Shown here piece after piece: positions 50,165 through 60,655 of a DNA stretch of 64,000 bases. Each line of letters begins with the position of its first letter. Within the stretch, counting starts at the first letter, position 1. The stretch comes from Fimbriimonadales bacterium. GTDB taxonomy: Bacteria > Armatimonadota > Fimbriimonadia > Fimbriimonadales > JABRVX01. The position numbers were made by a program, and so were the translations under genes. Under the pieces are notes generated by a model. The model was not told the DNA's origin and searched no databases. It saw only the letters and a program-made list of their open reading frames with translations. The stretch is taken from the NCBI GenBank assembly GCA_045862955.1, contig BTVI01000001.1, positions 1 through 64,000 on the forward strand, given 5' to 3'.

Positions 50165-50933
50165 CTGACGCCGCCTCTTTCGCAGCCTCTTGCGAATCGT
50201 TCTCCTGTTGACGCTTCATCTTCAGGGCCGGAGCACCGGGGTGCTTCAAGTCCAAGTACTCAGCCCTCGCGAGGAGGGTAGGGTCGCGGCCAAGGATCGA
50301 TCGGAGCGTCGCCAGTTTCTCGGAAACGTTCTCGCCGGACCCGAAATGCACCGGGGCCGACGCGGGCATATTTAAGCATATCTCGCCCGAACGGTCAACC
50401 GTGATGGTGGCCTGGCGGGCAAGGTCGTTCGCTCGAAGAAAGTGTAAGATTTCGAGCGGAACCTGCAACGTGTCCACACGGCGACCCAGGGGAGGCGGGG
50501 TCGGGCGCATGGAGACGATGCGGTAGGGCCGGAGCACGGCAGAACGCCGGAACGGAACGCCGTCTGCGTCGATCTCAACGGACCAGTCGGGCCCCTGCCA
50601 GCGTGCATAGGGCTGCCGATACGTCAAATGCAGTGTCATGCGCCCGTCCAGTCCGCGGGCGATGCGAACGTTCTTCAGACGAGGCTCTTTCAGCAGTTCT
50701 CTCTCGAGGCTCTTTCGATCCAAGGACAGGGCAGGCGTCCCGGCCCACGGGCGAAGTACCGACGCCAGCCAAGCACGATCACCAACGTCTGCGCCGACCA
50801 CGACTACGGTCCTCAGTCCCGTCCACGGAGAGGTGAAGGGGGCGGCGACAACCTCGGCAACGATCACGAGGATCCAGATCCATCTCCACGGGAAGTGACG
50901 GGGTTTGCGCTTATAGGACCGGGCGACGCGCAT
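50130..50933 (-). CDS. ftsQ: Cell division protein FtsQ/DivIB
   Basis: Basic N-terminus, TM, POTRA-like region, ID..G and Y.DL..P motifs; position after ddl. Confidence 0.75.
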   Translation of the reverse strand: MRVARSYKRKPRHFPWRWIWILVIVAEVVAAPFTSPWTGLRTVVVVGADVGDRAWLASVLRPWAGTPALSLDRKSLERELLKEPRLKNVRIARGLDGRMTLHLTYRQPYARWQGPDWSVEIDADGVPFRRSAVLRPYRIVSMRPTPPPLGRRVDTLQVPLEILHFLRANDLARQATITVDRSGEICLNMPASAPVHFGSGENVSEKLATLRSILGRDPTLLARAEYLDLKHPGAPALKMKRQQENDSQEAAKEAASDGPLHKEDPAE

Positions 50934-53271
50934 CCGCAGCCTCCAGGGCAAGTCTCACGAGGCGCTCGCACAGGTCGGAGAAGGACATGCCCGCAGCCGC
51001 AGCCGCACGCGGGAAGATGGAGGTAGGCGTCATGCCGGGGACCGTGTTTACCTCCAACACCTTTAGCCCGTCTTTGGTAAGCATCATGTCCACCCTGCAG
51101 AAGCCCGCGCAGCCCAAGACGCGGTGACAATCGCCAGCGATGCGCGCTGCCTCCGCTGCGACCTCCTCGGGCACCCGAGCGGGCACGATCTCCTCGGTGA
51201 GACCCGGTGTGTACTTGGACTCGTAGTCGTATGCTCCCTTCCGCGGCACGATCTCGACTATCGGCAAGACCTCGGGCTGTTGGTTGCCCAGCACGCAGGC
51301 CGACAGTTCCGTACCGCGCAGGAGAGGCTCGATCAGCGCCTCGGTGTCATATCGCAGAGCGACTTTGACGGCGTTGCGTAGCTCATCCGACGTGGTTGCA
51401 AAACCGAGTCCCACCGACGAGCCCTGGGAATTGGGCTTCACGACGGCAGGAAGCGGTAGGTCGTCTGGCATTGGGTCCCTCCTCGTCAGGAGATACCCAC
51501 TCGCAACCGGTAGGCCGGCTGCACCTAACAGTCGTTTTGCGAGGTGCTTGTTCATGGCAAGGGCGCTTGCCAGAACGCCGGAGCCGGTATATGGCAGGCC
51601 GGCAAGCTCGAGCAGTCCTTGGAGACACCCATCCTCGCCACCGGGTCCATGCAGCGCGACGAACACCACATCGGGAATACTGGCACCGGCACGACGGGCC
51701 GATTCTGTGACCGAGCGACCCGCGATCAGGTCTCGGAGCACACCGCGCAGCCGTGAGGGATCGAAGGTGTCAACTTCGAAGCCTTTTTCCTTCAGCGCAC
51801 CTGCTACCATCTCGCCGGTTGCACGCGATATTTCTCGCTCGGCGCTGTGTCCACCGGCTACCACTAGCACCTTCATGGGGGTGGCACCGGACGCAGCCAA
51901 GCGCTCACGGATCGGACCGAGCACCTCGTTGATGTCTCCCGCACCCATGGCCACCAGCACATCACCCTCGTGCAGGCTCGGAAGCACTGCTTCTGGTAGG
52001 TCGTGCAGAGACGGGACGTAGGCGAACGGCATCTCTGGACGGATGCGCGTGACCTCTTCGGCGAGACGGGCGGAGCCTATGCCGGGGATAGGTGCTTCGC
52101 GTGCCGGGTAGATGTCGGTGAGCAGCAATGCATCGGCCTGGGTCAGTGCTTCGGCGAAGCCGAGCAGGTAGTCCTTGGTTCGCGTGTAGAGGTGCGGCTG
52201 AAAAGCTACCACTAGCCTTCGGTGGGGATAGCGCTGTCGCAACGCAGCGATGGAGGCTCTGATCTCGGTGGGATGGTGTGCGTAATCGTCTACGAGGGTC
52301 ACACCGCGCACCGTGGCCTTCTCTTCCAAGCGCCTCTCGGCAGTGGTCGGCCTCGCCATGGCTCGTGCAGCTGCGTCGAAAGAGCACCCGCACTCGAGCG
52401 CCGCCGCGGTGGCAGCCAAGGCGTTTCGCACGTTGTGTTCACCCGGAATCGCAATGGTTAGTCGGCCTAACACGTCGCCAGAACGCCACAGGTCGAAAGC
52501 GGTTCCTTCTGGCTTCGGTTCCAAGGCGACTGCACGATAATCCCCCTTCGCGATGCCGAAGGTGAGTACACGACAGCGCGCCGATGCCGAAATGCTGCTA
52601 CATACGTCGTCGTCCGCCGGCGAGATGAGCAGTCCGTCGGGTGGGAGAGAGGCAACGAACTCCCTCACACATGCTATCAAGTTCTCGAAGCTGCCATGGT
52701 AGTGCAAGTGGTCCGATTCGAGGTTGAGAAGTAGTGCCACCTGAGGACGCATGTCTCGGATGGCAGCATAAGCTTCGCAGGCTTCTGCCACGAACCAGCG
52801 TCCCTTACCGATTCGCAGACTGCCACCGAACGCTTCGACCTCTGCACCCACCACCACCGTCGGATCCAATCCAGCTTCTATCAGAATAGAGCCGAGGAGC
52901 GTGGTGGTAGTGGTCTTGCCATGGGTACCCGTTATGGCGATACCATCTCCTTCACCCATCAGGTGTCCCAGCAACTGACTGCGTCGCCACGCGGGGATAC
53001 CCTGCGCCCGTGCCGCTTCGATCTCCGGGTGATCGGATGGCACGGCGTCAGTGTAGATTAGCCAGTCCGCACCGGCGACGTGCGAGGGATCGTGACCCTG
53101 GTGGATAACTGCACCGAGGGCCGCCAAATGATCGGTGACAGGTGTTAGGCGCTGGTCACACCCGGAGACCGCGAGTCCTCGGTGCAGCAGCAACTGGGCT
53201 AACGGGCTCTGGCCAGCACCCCCGATGCCGAGAAAGTGCGGTCTTCGGCAGGCCGAGAAGTCCTCCGCCAT
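50911..53271 (-). CDS. murC: Fused UDP-MurNAc-L-Ala ligase / D-Ala-D-Ala ligase (MurC-Ddl)
   Basis: GIGG.G, GTHGKTTT, DDYAHHP, FQPH, MGAG then in frame GG.S.E..IS, HG..GEDG, GSSVG, YDY.SKY, EVNT.PG. Confidence 0.93.
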   Translation of the reverse strand: MAEDFSACRRPHFLGIGGAGQSPLAQLLLHRGLAVSGCDQRLTPVTDHLAALGAVIHQGHDPSHVAGADWLIYTDAVPSDHPEIEAARAQGIPAWRRSQLLGHLMGEGDGIAITGTHGKTTTTTLLGSILIEAGLDPTVVVGAEVEAFGGSLRIGKGRWFVAEACEAYAAIRDMRPQVALLLNLESDHLHYHGSFENLIACVREFVASLPPDGLLISPADDDVCSSISASARCRVLTFGIAKGDYRAVALEPKPEGTAFDLWRSGDVLGRLTIAIPGEHNVRNALAATAAALECGCSFDAAARAMARPTTAERRLEEKATVRGVTLVDDYAHHPTEIRASIAALRQRYPHRRLVVAFQPHLYTRTKDYLLGFAEALTQADALLLTDIYPAREAPIPGIGSARLAEEVTRIRPEMPFAYVPSLHDLPEAVLPSLHEGDVLVAMGAGDINEVLGPIRERLAASGATPMKVLVVAGGHSAEREISRATGEMVAGALKEKGFEVDTFDPSRLRGVLRDLIAGRSVTESARRAGASIPDVVFVALHGPGGEDGCLQGLLELAGLPYTGSGVLASALAMNKHLAKRLLGAAGLPVASGYLLTRRDPMPDDLPLPAVVKPNSQGSSVGLGFATTSDELRNAVKVALRYDTEALIEPLLRGTELSACVLGNQQPEVLPIVEIVPRKGAYDYESKYTPGLTEEIVPARVPEEVAAEAARIAGDCHRVLGCAGFCRVDMMLTKDGLKVLEVNTVPGMTPTSIFPRAAAAAGMSFSDLCERLVRLALEAADARRPVL

Positions 53272-53275
53272 TCGC

Positions 53276-54409
53276 TCACGACACCTTCCTTCGGCGGTCA
53301 GAACGGATCGGCACCTGGGCGGCCTCGACGAGCAGGTCGAGGATCGTCTCTGCAGCGTTGGGCACGAAGGCTTTGCGAGCGGCGGCAGACCTCGCTTCAC
53401 GGATCTCGGGATGCGTTCGCCACTGTTCGATGTGCTCGGCCAGGACCGCGGGCGCGAGGGTGCTCTGACGCACCAGCACGCCGGCACCGGCCTGCTCCAG
53501 TGCCCGAGCGTTATGAAACTGGTGATTTGCTGCAGCGGTCGGCAGCGGCACCATCACGATAGGCAGTGCCCATGCCAATGCCTCGTTCAGGGTCCCCGAC
53601 CCGCAGCGAGTCACCGCCATATCCGCTGCGCGGAACGCGTTGCCTACGTCGGCGCCTTCCAAGAAGCCGAATGCTACGTAGTTTCCATTCAGGGCGCAGC
53701 GATCCGCCGAGGCGCGAACGGCCGACACGTGCTTTTCGCCAGTGACGTGAAGCCACTGCACGCTGGTGCTACCCATGAACTTTGCCGTGCTGAGCACGGC
53801 TTCGTTGAGGGCCTGGGCTCCTTGCGAGCCACCATACACCAGCACGGTCCAGCGGTCGGGGCGCAGACCGAACCTCTCGCGGGCGGCCTCCTTGGTTAAG
53901 TCCGACCGGATCGCCTCGTCTCGCAGTGGCATGCCGGTCCGAACGACCCGTGACCGGGGAAAGTCACGAGTTGCCTGCTCGAATACCACACACACCAATG
54001 CAGCGTGCCTGCCCATCATACGATTTGCACGTCCGGCGATAGCATTCTGCTCGTGGAGGACGTAGGGGCCGCCTCGCTTTCGCTGCGCAATCAGCACAGG
54101 AGCGGCGGCGTATCCGCCCGTACCGAATACGACGTCCGGCTGGAAGGCTTCGAGGATGTGCGCGGCCTCGCGCTGGGCACGCGCAAGCTTGAGCAGGCCC
54201 TTGAGGCCTCGTGGGGTGAGAGGAGCGCCAACCGGTTCGGCGTGCACGCGGTCGAACGCGAAGGGCAGGTCCCGGGCAAACTGGTTCTCGATTCCGCGAT
54301 AGCTGCCGACGTAGAGGACGTCACATCCTCGAGAAGCCGCAGCGAACCCGATACGAAGGGCTGGGAACACGTGTCCTCCCGTCCCTCCGCCGCAGATCAC
54401 GAGTCGCAT
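53276..54409 (-). CDS. murG: Undecaprenyl-PP-MurNAc-pentapeptide GlcNAc transferase
   Basis: GGGTGGH, GTGGY, HEQN, GGSQGA, HQ..NA. Confidence 0.96.
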   Translation of the reverse strand: MRLVICGGGTGGHVFPALRIGFAAASRGCDVLYVGSYRGIENQFARDLPFAFDRVHAEPVGAPLTPRGLKGLLKLARAQREAAHILEAFQPDVVFGTGGYAAAPVLIAQRKRGGPYVLHEQNAIAGRANRMMGRHAALVCVVFEQATRDFPRSRVVRTGMPLRDEAIRSDLTKEAARERFGLRPDRWTVLVYGGSQGAQALNEAVLSTAKFMGSTSVQWLHVTGEKHVSAVRASADRCALNGNYVAFGFLEGADVGNAFRAADMAVTRCGSGTLNEALAWALPIVMVPLPTAAANHQFHNARALEQAGAGVLVRQSTLAPAVLAEHIEQWRTHPEIREARSAAARKAFVPNAAETILDLLVEAAQVPIRSDRRRKVS

Positions 54410-55553
54410 CCTGCGCTTCCTCCTTCCGCTCGGCAAGCCTGGTAGCTTGAACGATACCCAATCCGAACGCCAGCGCCGTGAGGCTACTACCTCCCATGCT
54501 GAAAAACGGCAGCGGCACACCCACGGGAGGGACGATCGCAGTCACCATGACCAGGTTCATAGCCGACTGCGCACCGATCCAACAGCCGAGTCCCGAGGCG
54601 ACGAGTGCCCCGAATCGTGTAGGAGCCCGGGCTGACAACCAAAACAGCCTCCAAACTATGCTGGCCAGTAGGCCGACGACGATGAGCGAGCCGAGTAGGC
54701 CAGTCTCCTCGGCGATGGTAACGAAGACGTAGTCTGTGGTGGCGGCTGGGAGCGCATACTTGGCGAGGCCCATGCCGATGCCCTGACCGGTTATACCTCC
54801 CATGCCGATACCCAGCTCGGCACGCACCGGCTGAAAGCCCTCGGCCTGTGCGACCGCAGGGTCCCAGCGCTGGTTGTGATGCAAGATGCGCTGCAAGCGA
54901 TAGGGCTGCATCTGCACCATCACGATAACTGCCAGTCCCGCAAGACCGACGATACCCGCAATGGTAGTCCAGCGCACCCCACCCAGCCACATCATGCTGA
55001 GCAGTACTACCATTACCACGGCGGCAGTGCCCAGGTCTGGTTGTCGTTCGACCAACACCGCCGCAATCACGATGGAGCCTACCACCGTGAATCGCAAGAT
55101 GCGGCCCGCGTCGGTGCGTCTTTTCTGCGGCCTTCGCTCACGCTTCGGCAGCTTCTCGAGCAACCAAGCCATTACTAACACGACGCCGAGCTTGAGGTAC
55201 TCGGACGGCTGCACGGTGAAGCCGCCCGGGAGCGACAACCACCTCGAGGCACCATTCACCTCGAGGCCGATGCCAGGTACCATCACTACGACGCACCCGA
55301 CGAGCGACAGGACGAACAGAGTTAGTCCCACGACGCGCAGCCATCGTGCGGAGAGGCGACTGCCAACCACGTACGCCAGTAATACTAACACCAGATACAC
55401 GATCTGTTGGCGCACCTGTACTAAGAACGTGCCCGAGCTGATGGCTCTGGGGTATACGGCGTCTAGGACGAAGAATGCACCTAGCACCGCGGCGATAAGC
55501 CACATGGCGGTCAGATAAACGTCCCGCTTAGGGCGTACTGCTTCGCCGCTCAC
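54321..55553 (-). CDS. ftsW: SEDS peptidoglycan glycosyltransferase FtsW
   Basis: NGA.RW, QPSE..K, QPDLGT, TDY.F..I.EE.G, G..LPF.S.GGSS. Confidence 0.92.
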   Translation of the reverse strand: MSGEAVRPKRDVYLTAMWLIAAVLGAFFVLDAVYPRAISSGTFLVQVRQQIVYLVLVLLAYVVGSRLSARWLRVVGLTLFVLSLVGCVVVMVPGIGLEVNGASRWLSLPGGFTVQPSEYLKLGVVLVMAWLLEKLPKRERRPQKRRTDAGRILRFTVVGSIVIAAVLVERQPDLGTAAVVMVVLLSMMWLGGVRWTTIAGIVGLAGLAVIVMVQMQPYRLQRILHHNQRWDPAVAQAEGFQPVRAELGIGMGGITGQGIGMGLAKYALPAATTDYVFVTIAEETGLLGSLIVVGLLASIVWRLFWLSARAPTRFGALVASGLGCWIGAQSAMNLVMVTAIVPPVGVPLPFFSMGGSSLTALAFGLGIVQATRLAERKEEAQDATRDLRRRDGRTRVPSPSYRVRCGFSRM

Positions 55554-56884
55554 GTCCTGGCCTCCGCAAGGTGTCGAGCAACCAACTGACGGAATCGCTC
55601 GGCCCGCTCCAAAAAACTCCCGAACTGGTCGAAACTGGCCCCCCCTGGCGCGAGCAAGACGGTGTCGCCCGGGCGAGCCAGGCCGACGGCGTTTGCAAAT
55701 GCTTCATCGAGGGTGTTCACTCGTACGTGGGATACGCCGGCGGCAGCGAACAGCCCTGCAAGCTCGCCGGCCATCTCCCCATAAAGGACTGCTGGCCGCT
55801 CGAGCGCGCGGCAGGCTGCCACGATGGGTGCAGGGTCATTCCCTTTCGCCACTCCTCCGATGAGTGGGAGCGTGAAAGGGCCCGAAGACGTGATTGCGTT
55901 CGCGCACGAGGTGGGGTTCGTGGCTGCAGAGTTGTCTACGAAGGTGATCCCCATGTGTACCCCTACCACCTCCATCCGGCTGTGCAGACCGCGGAAGCCT
56001 TGCAGCGCCAGACGAATGGCATCCGTGCGAGCCCCGAACAGCCAAGCCGCGGTCGCCGCTGCCAGCGCGTTGTCCTTGTCGGCCGAGCTGCGTGTTTGGA
56101 GGTCAGCGTGCTCGGCAAGAAAGTGCTCTTCACCCTCCAGCCGCAGCACCATGTGCCCCTCTCGGTGGAATGCGCAGTCTCTCGGCAGCTCCTGCGGAAA
56201 AGAGATGCGGCGCGACGCCACTTCAGGCACGTCCGCGTACCCGATGACGGCGAAGTCCTCTGGAGTCTGCCTGCGGAAGATTCGACGCTTGACTGCCGCG
56301 TACTCCTCGAAGCTCCCGGCGTATCGGTTCAGGTGGTCTTGATCGATTCGTGTTAGCACCGCGATGCGGGGACGGAAGCTATCCACCCATTCGAGCTGAA
56401 AGCTGCTAATCTCTGCAACGAGCACATCGTCTGGATCGGCATCCATGGCAGCTTGCGTGGCAGGCTTGTCCTCGGCAGACCTCGCAATGTTGCCGCACAG
56501 ATGGGCTCGAAAGCCAGCTGCCTGCAACATCCTGTAGGTCAGGTAGGTGGTAGTTGATTTGCCGTTGGTACCGGTGACAGCGATGATGGGTGCCTTCGAG
56601 ATACGGTACGCCAGTTCGGGTTCCGACCATACCGGTATGCCTCTGGCGACCGCGGCACGCAGAGCGGGATGCTCACGCGCGAAGCCGGGGCTGGTGACAA
56701 CCAGCTCGAACGGCTCGCTGGGAAGAGTGCGATCCCAGTTGGCTACGACTTCGCATTCGGGCAGTACGACATCACTCTCATCGTAGATAGTGACACGCAC
56801 CCCTGACGCCGACAGGGCCTGGGCTGCTGCGCGACCGGACTTCCCCGCCCCGAGTACTGCTGCACGCGAGATACCCGCTATCAT
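55550..56884 (-). CDS. murD: UDP-MurNAc-L-Ala-D-Glu ligase
   Basis: G.GKSG, SPG, TGTNGKSTT, EISSFQL, DHLNR, ATN, LLAPG.ASFDQF. Confidence 0.95.
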   Translation of the reverse strand: MIAGISRAAVLGAGKSGRAAAQALSASGVRVTIYDESDVVLPECEVVANWDRTLPSEPFELVVTSPGFAREHPALRAAVARGIPVWSEPELAYRISKAPIIAVTGTNGKSTTTYLTYRMLQAAGFRAHLCGNIARSAEDKPATQAAMDADPDDVLVAEISSFQLEWVDSFRPRIAVLTRIDQDHLNRYAGSFEEYAAVKRRIFRRQTPEDFAVIGYADVPEVASRRISFPQELPRDCAFHREGHMVLRLEGEEHFLAEHADLQTRSSADKDNALAAATAAWLFGARTDAIRLALQGFRGLHSRMEVVGVHMGITFVDNSAATNPTSCANAITSSGPFTLPLIGGVAKGNDPAPIVAACRALERPAVLYGEMAGELAGLFAAAGVSHVRVNTLDEAFANAVGLARPGDTVLLAPGGASFDQFGSFLERAERFRQLVARHLAEART

Positions 56885-57804
56885 CGCACCAGAATCCCGT
56901 AGGCTAAGGTGCAAGCCGCTTGGACGGCGAGGAAACCAGCAACTACTCGTCGCTCTGGGACACCCGCAAACTGAAACGCATGGTGGATGGGTGTGCGCAG
57001 AAACAGCCGCCGCCTGAACAACTTCACCCATAGAATCTGCAGCGGTACCGGGACTAGTTCGGCGAGAAGCACTGCCACTAGCAGCAGCAGCCACGGGGAC
57101 GCTTGCGGTTGAGCTAACAGCGCGAAGCCGAAGCCCGCACCGAGCATCAGGGATCCCGTATCACCCATGAATAGCCTCGCGGGTGGTGCATTGTACACGA
57201 GGAAACCTAGCGCGCAGCCGGCGATCACTGCACAGAAGAAAGCATCGCCACCACCCATGAATAGCCCGATGGACGCCAGAACCATCACACCCGCCGCCAG
57301 CCCGTCCATACCGTCAGTGAAATTTACTGCGTTCGCAACCCCGACAACGATGACAGCAGCTGTCGCGATGGCGGCGATGTCTGTGCCGACCAGCCACGCG
57401 GTGCCGTCTTGGGAATTCAGGTACGCAGCGCATACCGGGACCGCGACCGCGAACTGAAGGACGAGTTTGGGGATCCATCCAAGGCCGCGCTTCGTCGTCA
57501 CTCGCGGCAGGATCACATCATCGAGGATTCCGATCAGCGCGAAGCCAACCGTGAGCACGAACCACAGACCGGCTGAGGCAGGTAGCCGGGCCTGCCCGTC
57601 GCGGGCCAGGATGCTCATGGCCCACGCCGCGAGAGCAGCGAGCAGCATCATCAGCCCGCCGGCCGTCGGGGTCCCCTGCTTCTCGCTGTGTTCGGGAACG
57701 TACTCGCTGATCTTCTGTGACACGCCTAGACGGCGAAGCAGCACCATCACCGGCCAGCCGATGATCGCTGTGGCGAGCGCCGTCACGAGCATCGTCTGCA
57801 TCAT
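56881..57804 (-). CDS. mraY: Phospho-N-acetylmuramoyl-pentapeptide transferase
   Basis: K.GTPT.GG, G..DD, NAVNFTDG.DGL, FMGDTGS, P.HH. Confidence 0.95.
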   Translation of the reverse strand: MMQTMLVTALATAIIGWPVMVLLRRLGVSQKISEYVPEHSEKQGTPTAGGLMMLLAALAAWAMSILARDGQARLPASAGLWFVLTVGFALIGILDDVILPRVTTKRGLGWIPKLVLQFAVAVPVCAAYLNSQDGTAWLVGTDIAAIATAAVIVVGVANAVNFTDGMDGLAAGVMVLASIGLFMGGGDAFFCAVIAGCALGFLVYNAPPARLFMGDTGSLMLGAGFGFALLAQPQASPWLLLLVAVLLAELVPVPLQILWVKLFRRRLFLRTPIHHAFQFAGVPERRVVAGFLAVQAACTLAYGILVR

Positions 57805-59195
57805 GATCGAGCCTCGGCAAGAGCGTCCAGCAGCCGCTCCATTCGCAGTGCGCGCGAGCCTTTGATCAAGATCAGGTCTTCATCTTGTACAAATCCGGGG
57901 AGCCACTCGGCTGCCGCCTCTGTCGTTTCGAGCCGAGTGACTCCCTCCTTGGGCATGGATGCCTCTAGCGCCGCGTCGGCAATCCATCCGGCTTCCGTGC
58001 CGACCACGCCCAACTCGTTCACACCGAGCTCCGCCACGAGCCGTCCTATCGAACGGTGCTCCTGCTCGGCAAACTCTCCCAGTTCGAGCATACTGCCCAG
58101 GACCGCGACCCGCCGCTTAGCCGGCATTTCGGCTAGTGTTCGGAGGGCGGCCGCCATCGAGTCCGGGTTGGCGTTGTACATGTCCGCCAGCACTCGGACC
58201 TTTCCGAATCGAAGGGTTTGCATCCTTTGAGGAGGAAACGCTGCGTTGCGCAGTCCTGCTGCCGCCCTCTCCACGTCCAAGTTCAGCGCGCCGGCCACCG
58301 CCAGGGCCGCGGCTGCATTCTCGGCCTGAAACCTGCCTAGCGCATAGATCTGCCCTACGACCCTTCGCCCGAACGCGGTGAACGAGACCTCCATGTGTGT
58401 CTCTGCAGGTTCGATGTGCACCACCTGCACATCTCCACCAGGGCCGAATGTGATCACCCGGCAAGTGGCGCGGGCTCTCAAGGCGTTCGTCCATCGGTCG
58501 CCGACGCGCAGTATCGCGGCGCCATCGGAAGGCAGCGCCTCGACTAGCTCGCCTTTCGCCTGTGCCACGGCCTCTGGCGAACCGACCTCCGCTACGTGAA
58601 CGAGACCCACGCTGGTCACCACTCCGACGGTGGGTGAAGCGATTCGGCACAACTCGGCGATTTGGCCGAGACCTCGCATCCCCATTTCGACCACGCTGAG
58701 GTGATGCCATGGCATCAGGTCGAAGAGAGCGAGCGGTACCCCGATCTCGGTATTCAGGTTCCCCTCGGTCTTGTGGACTTTGGCGTGCACCGACAACGCA
58801 GCGACCGTCAGTTCCTTGACACTCGTTTTGCCCGTGCTTCCGGTGATACCAATCACCTTTGCAGGCATTCGAGAGCGGTGCCAGGCTGCAAGGTCGCCGA
58901 GAGCGGTTACGGTGTTATCCACTGCGATGTGTGTCGTCTCGGGCAGGGCGCGGCCGCGGTTGACTACCGCGCAGACCGCGCCCCGCCGAAACGCGTCGCG
59001 AATAAAGTCGTGACCGTCCACACGCGCGCCGGGGATTGCGAAGAACAGGCTGCCATCGGAAGCTTGGCGGCTGTCTGCAACGACCGAGGTAACACCCTCG
59101 TCGCGCCCCACCAAGGTGCCACCCATTACGTACGCTGCTTGACTGAGTCGGAAGAGCACGCCGTTAGAGTGGTGCCGGGAAGCGGAGGGTGTCAT
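57801..59195 (-). CDS. murF: UDP-MurNAc-tripeptide-D-Ala-D-Ala ligase
   Basis: DSR, TGS.GKT, N.N..IG.P, EMG, D.YNANP.S, G.MLELG, KGSR. Confidence 0.95.
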   Translation of the reverse strand: MTPSASRHHSNGVLFRLSQAAYVMGGTLVGRDEGVTSVVADSRQASDGSLFFAIPGARVDGHDFIRDAFRRGAVCAVVNRGRALPETTHIAVDNTVTALGDLAAWHRSRMPAKVIGITGSTGKTSVKELTVAALSVHAKVHKTEGNLNTEIGVPLALFDLMPWHHLSVVEMGMRGLGQIAELCRIASPTVGVVTSVGLVHVAEVGSPEAVAQAKGELVEALPSDGAAILRVGDRWTNALRARATCRVITFGPGGDVQVVHIEPAETHMEVSFTAFGRRVVGQIYALGRFQAENAAAALAVAGALNLDVERAAAGLRNAAFPPQRMQTLRFGKVRVLADMYNANPDSMAAALRTLAEMPAKRRVAVLGSMLELGEFAEQEHRSIGRLVAELGVNELGVVGTEAGWIADAALEASMPKEGVTRLETTEAAAEWLPGFVQDEDLILIKGSRALRMERLLDALAEARS

Positions 59196-60655
59196 GTTAG
59201 CGCCTCACGCACTAACTCGCGGTCGTCCAGGTGGATCTTCGTGACACCAATAATCTGATAGTTCTCATGCCCCTTTCCGGCAACTACCACCAGTTCTCCG
59301 TCTCGAGCGGTTTGGATGGCACGATGGACTGCGCGGCGGCGGTCGGGCTCCACTTCGACCGCCGTCGCATGAGTGGAAGTGATCCCTGCCAAGATGTTCT
59401 CGATGATGCTATTGGGGTCTTCGGTACGTGGATTGTCCGAGGTGATGATCACTCTGTCTGCGAGCTCCGCGGCGATGGCTCCCATTCTCGGGCGCTTGGT
59501 TCGATCTCTATCGCCGCCGCAACCGAAGACCACCGTAAGTCTTTCGGGGCGGAGCTCACGGCACGCTTCGAGTAACTTCTCCAGCGCGTCGGGGGAGTGG
59601 GCGTAGTCTACGATGACGGAGAAACCGCGCCCGGTGGGAATAGCTTCGAAGCGACCCGGAGCGGGTGTAGCTACTGCGAGCCCCGAGGCAATCGTGTCGG
59701 GACTGAGCCCCAAGGCCCAGGCCGTGGCGGCGGCGGCTAGCCCATTCGAGACATTGAACCTGCCCCCGAGGGGCATGACGACATCGGCCGACCCTGACGG
59801 TGTCTCCAGAGTGAAACGTACCGAGTCTGCGGCAACCTGTGTCCCGGAAGCGCGGATGTCACCATCTAGCCTTCCGTAGGTCACGACCCTACCGCGCACC
59901 TCGGTGGCCAGACGGCTCCCGTACAGGTCGTCCACGTTGATGACCCCGACGAAGCTTTTCCCTCCGGCCTCGGCGAGATCGGTGAAGAGCCGAGCCTTCG
60001 CGGCGTAGTAGTCGTTCATGTCGAGGTGGAAGTCCAGGTGCTCTGCGGTCAGATTTGTATAAGTTCCGACGTCGAACCTGCACCCGTCGACCCGACGAAG
60101 CGCCAGAGCGTGAGAGCTGACTTCCATAGAGATCGCCTGGATGCCATCGTTTGCGGCATCCGCCAACAGCTCGGCTAGGTCATGGGCGAAGGGCGTGGTG
60201 TGGCCGAGGTCCCGATGGTGATCTCGCCATTCGGCTCCGAGCGTTCCGACGTAGGCGCATGCGGTGCCCGCGTGGTCGAGAATCACTCGAATCACGTGCG
60301 CTGTCGTCGTTTTCCCGTTCGTGCCGGTAACTCCAATCATCTTCAGGCGGGCCGTGGGGTCGGCATACAGCGCGTGCGCCATGCGCCACAGAGCATCGGT
60401 GGCATCCGGCACCTGTGCCCACGCGACGCCATCGGGCAGCTCGGGGACCGGCCTGTCGGTTACCACCGCTATCGCGCCGCCGTCCACCGCATCGGCTATG
60501 AATGCGTGTCCGTCGGCGTGCTCTCCCTTTAGCGCAACGAACAAAGTGCCCGGGCCCACTCTCCGCGAGTCGACCGATATCCGAGCTACATCGATCTCCT
60601 CCGGACCGCCGAAGACCAGGGGACTCGCGCACCGGACCAGTTCACCAAAGGTCAC
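59192..60655 (-). CDS. murE: UDP-MurNAc-dipeptide-meso-DAP ligase
   Basis: TGTNGKTT, MEVSSH, HLDFH, DYAH.PD, CGGDRD, DNPR (meso-DAP-type motif), GKGHE. Confidence 0.96.
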   Translation of the reverse strand: MTFGELVRCASPLVFGGPEEIDVARISVDSRRVGPGTLFVALKGEHADGHAFIADAVDGGAIAVVTDRPVPELPDGVAWAQVPDATDALWRMAHALYADPTARLKMIGVTGTNGKTTTAHVIRVILDHAGTACAYVGTLGAEWRDHHRDLGHTTPFAHDLAELLADAANDGIQAISMEVSSHALALRRVDGCRFDVGTYTNLTAEHLDFHLDMNDYYAAKARLFTDLAEAGGKSFVGVINVDDLYGSRLATEVRGRVVTYGRLDGDIRASGTQVAADSVRFTLETPSGSADVVMPLGGRFNVSNGLAAAATAWALGLSPDTIASGLAVATPAPGRFEAIPTGRGFSVIVDYAHSPDALEKLLEACRELRPERLTVVFGCGGDRDRTKRPRMGAIAAELADRVIITSDNPRTEDPNSIIENILAGITSTHATAVEVEPDRRRAVHRAIQTARDGELVVVAGKGHENYQIIGVTKIHLDDRELVREALT

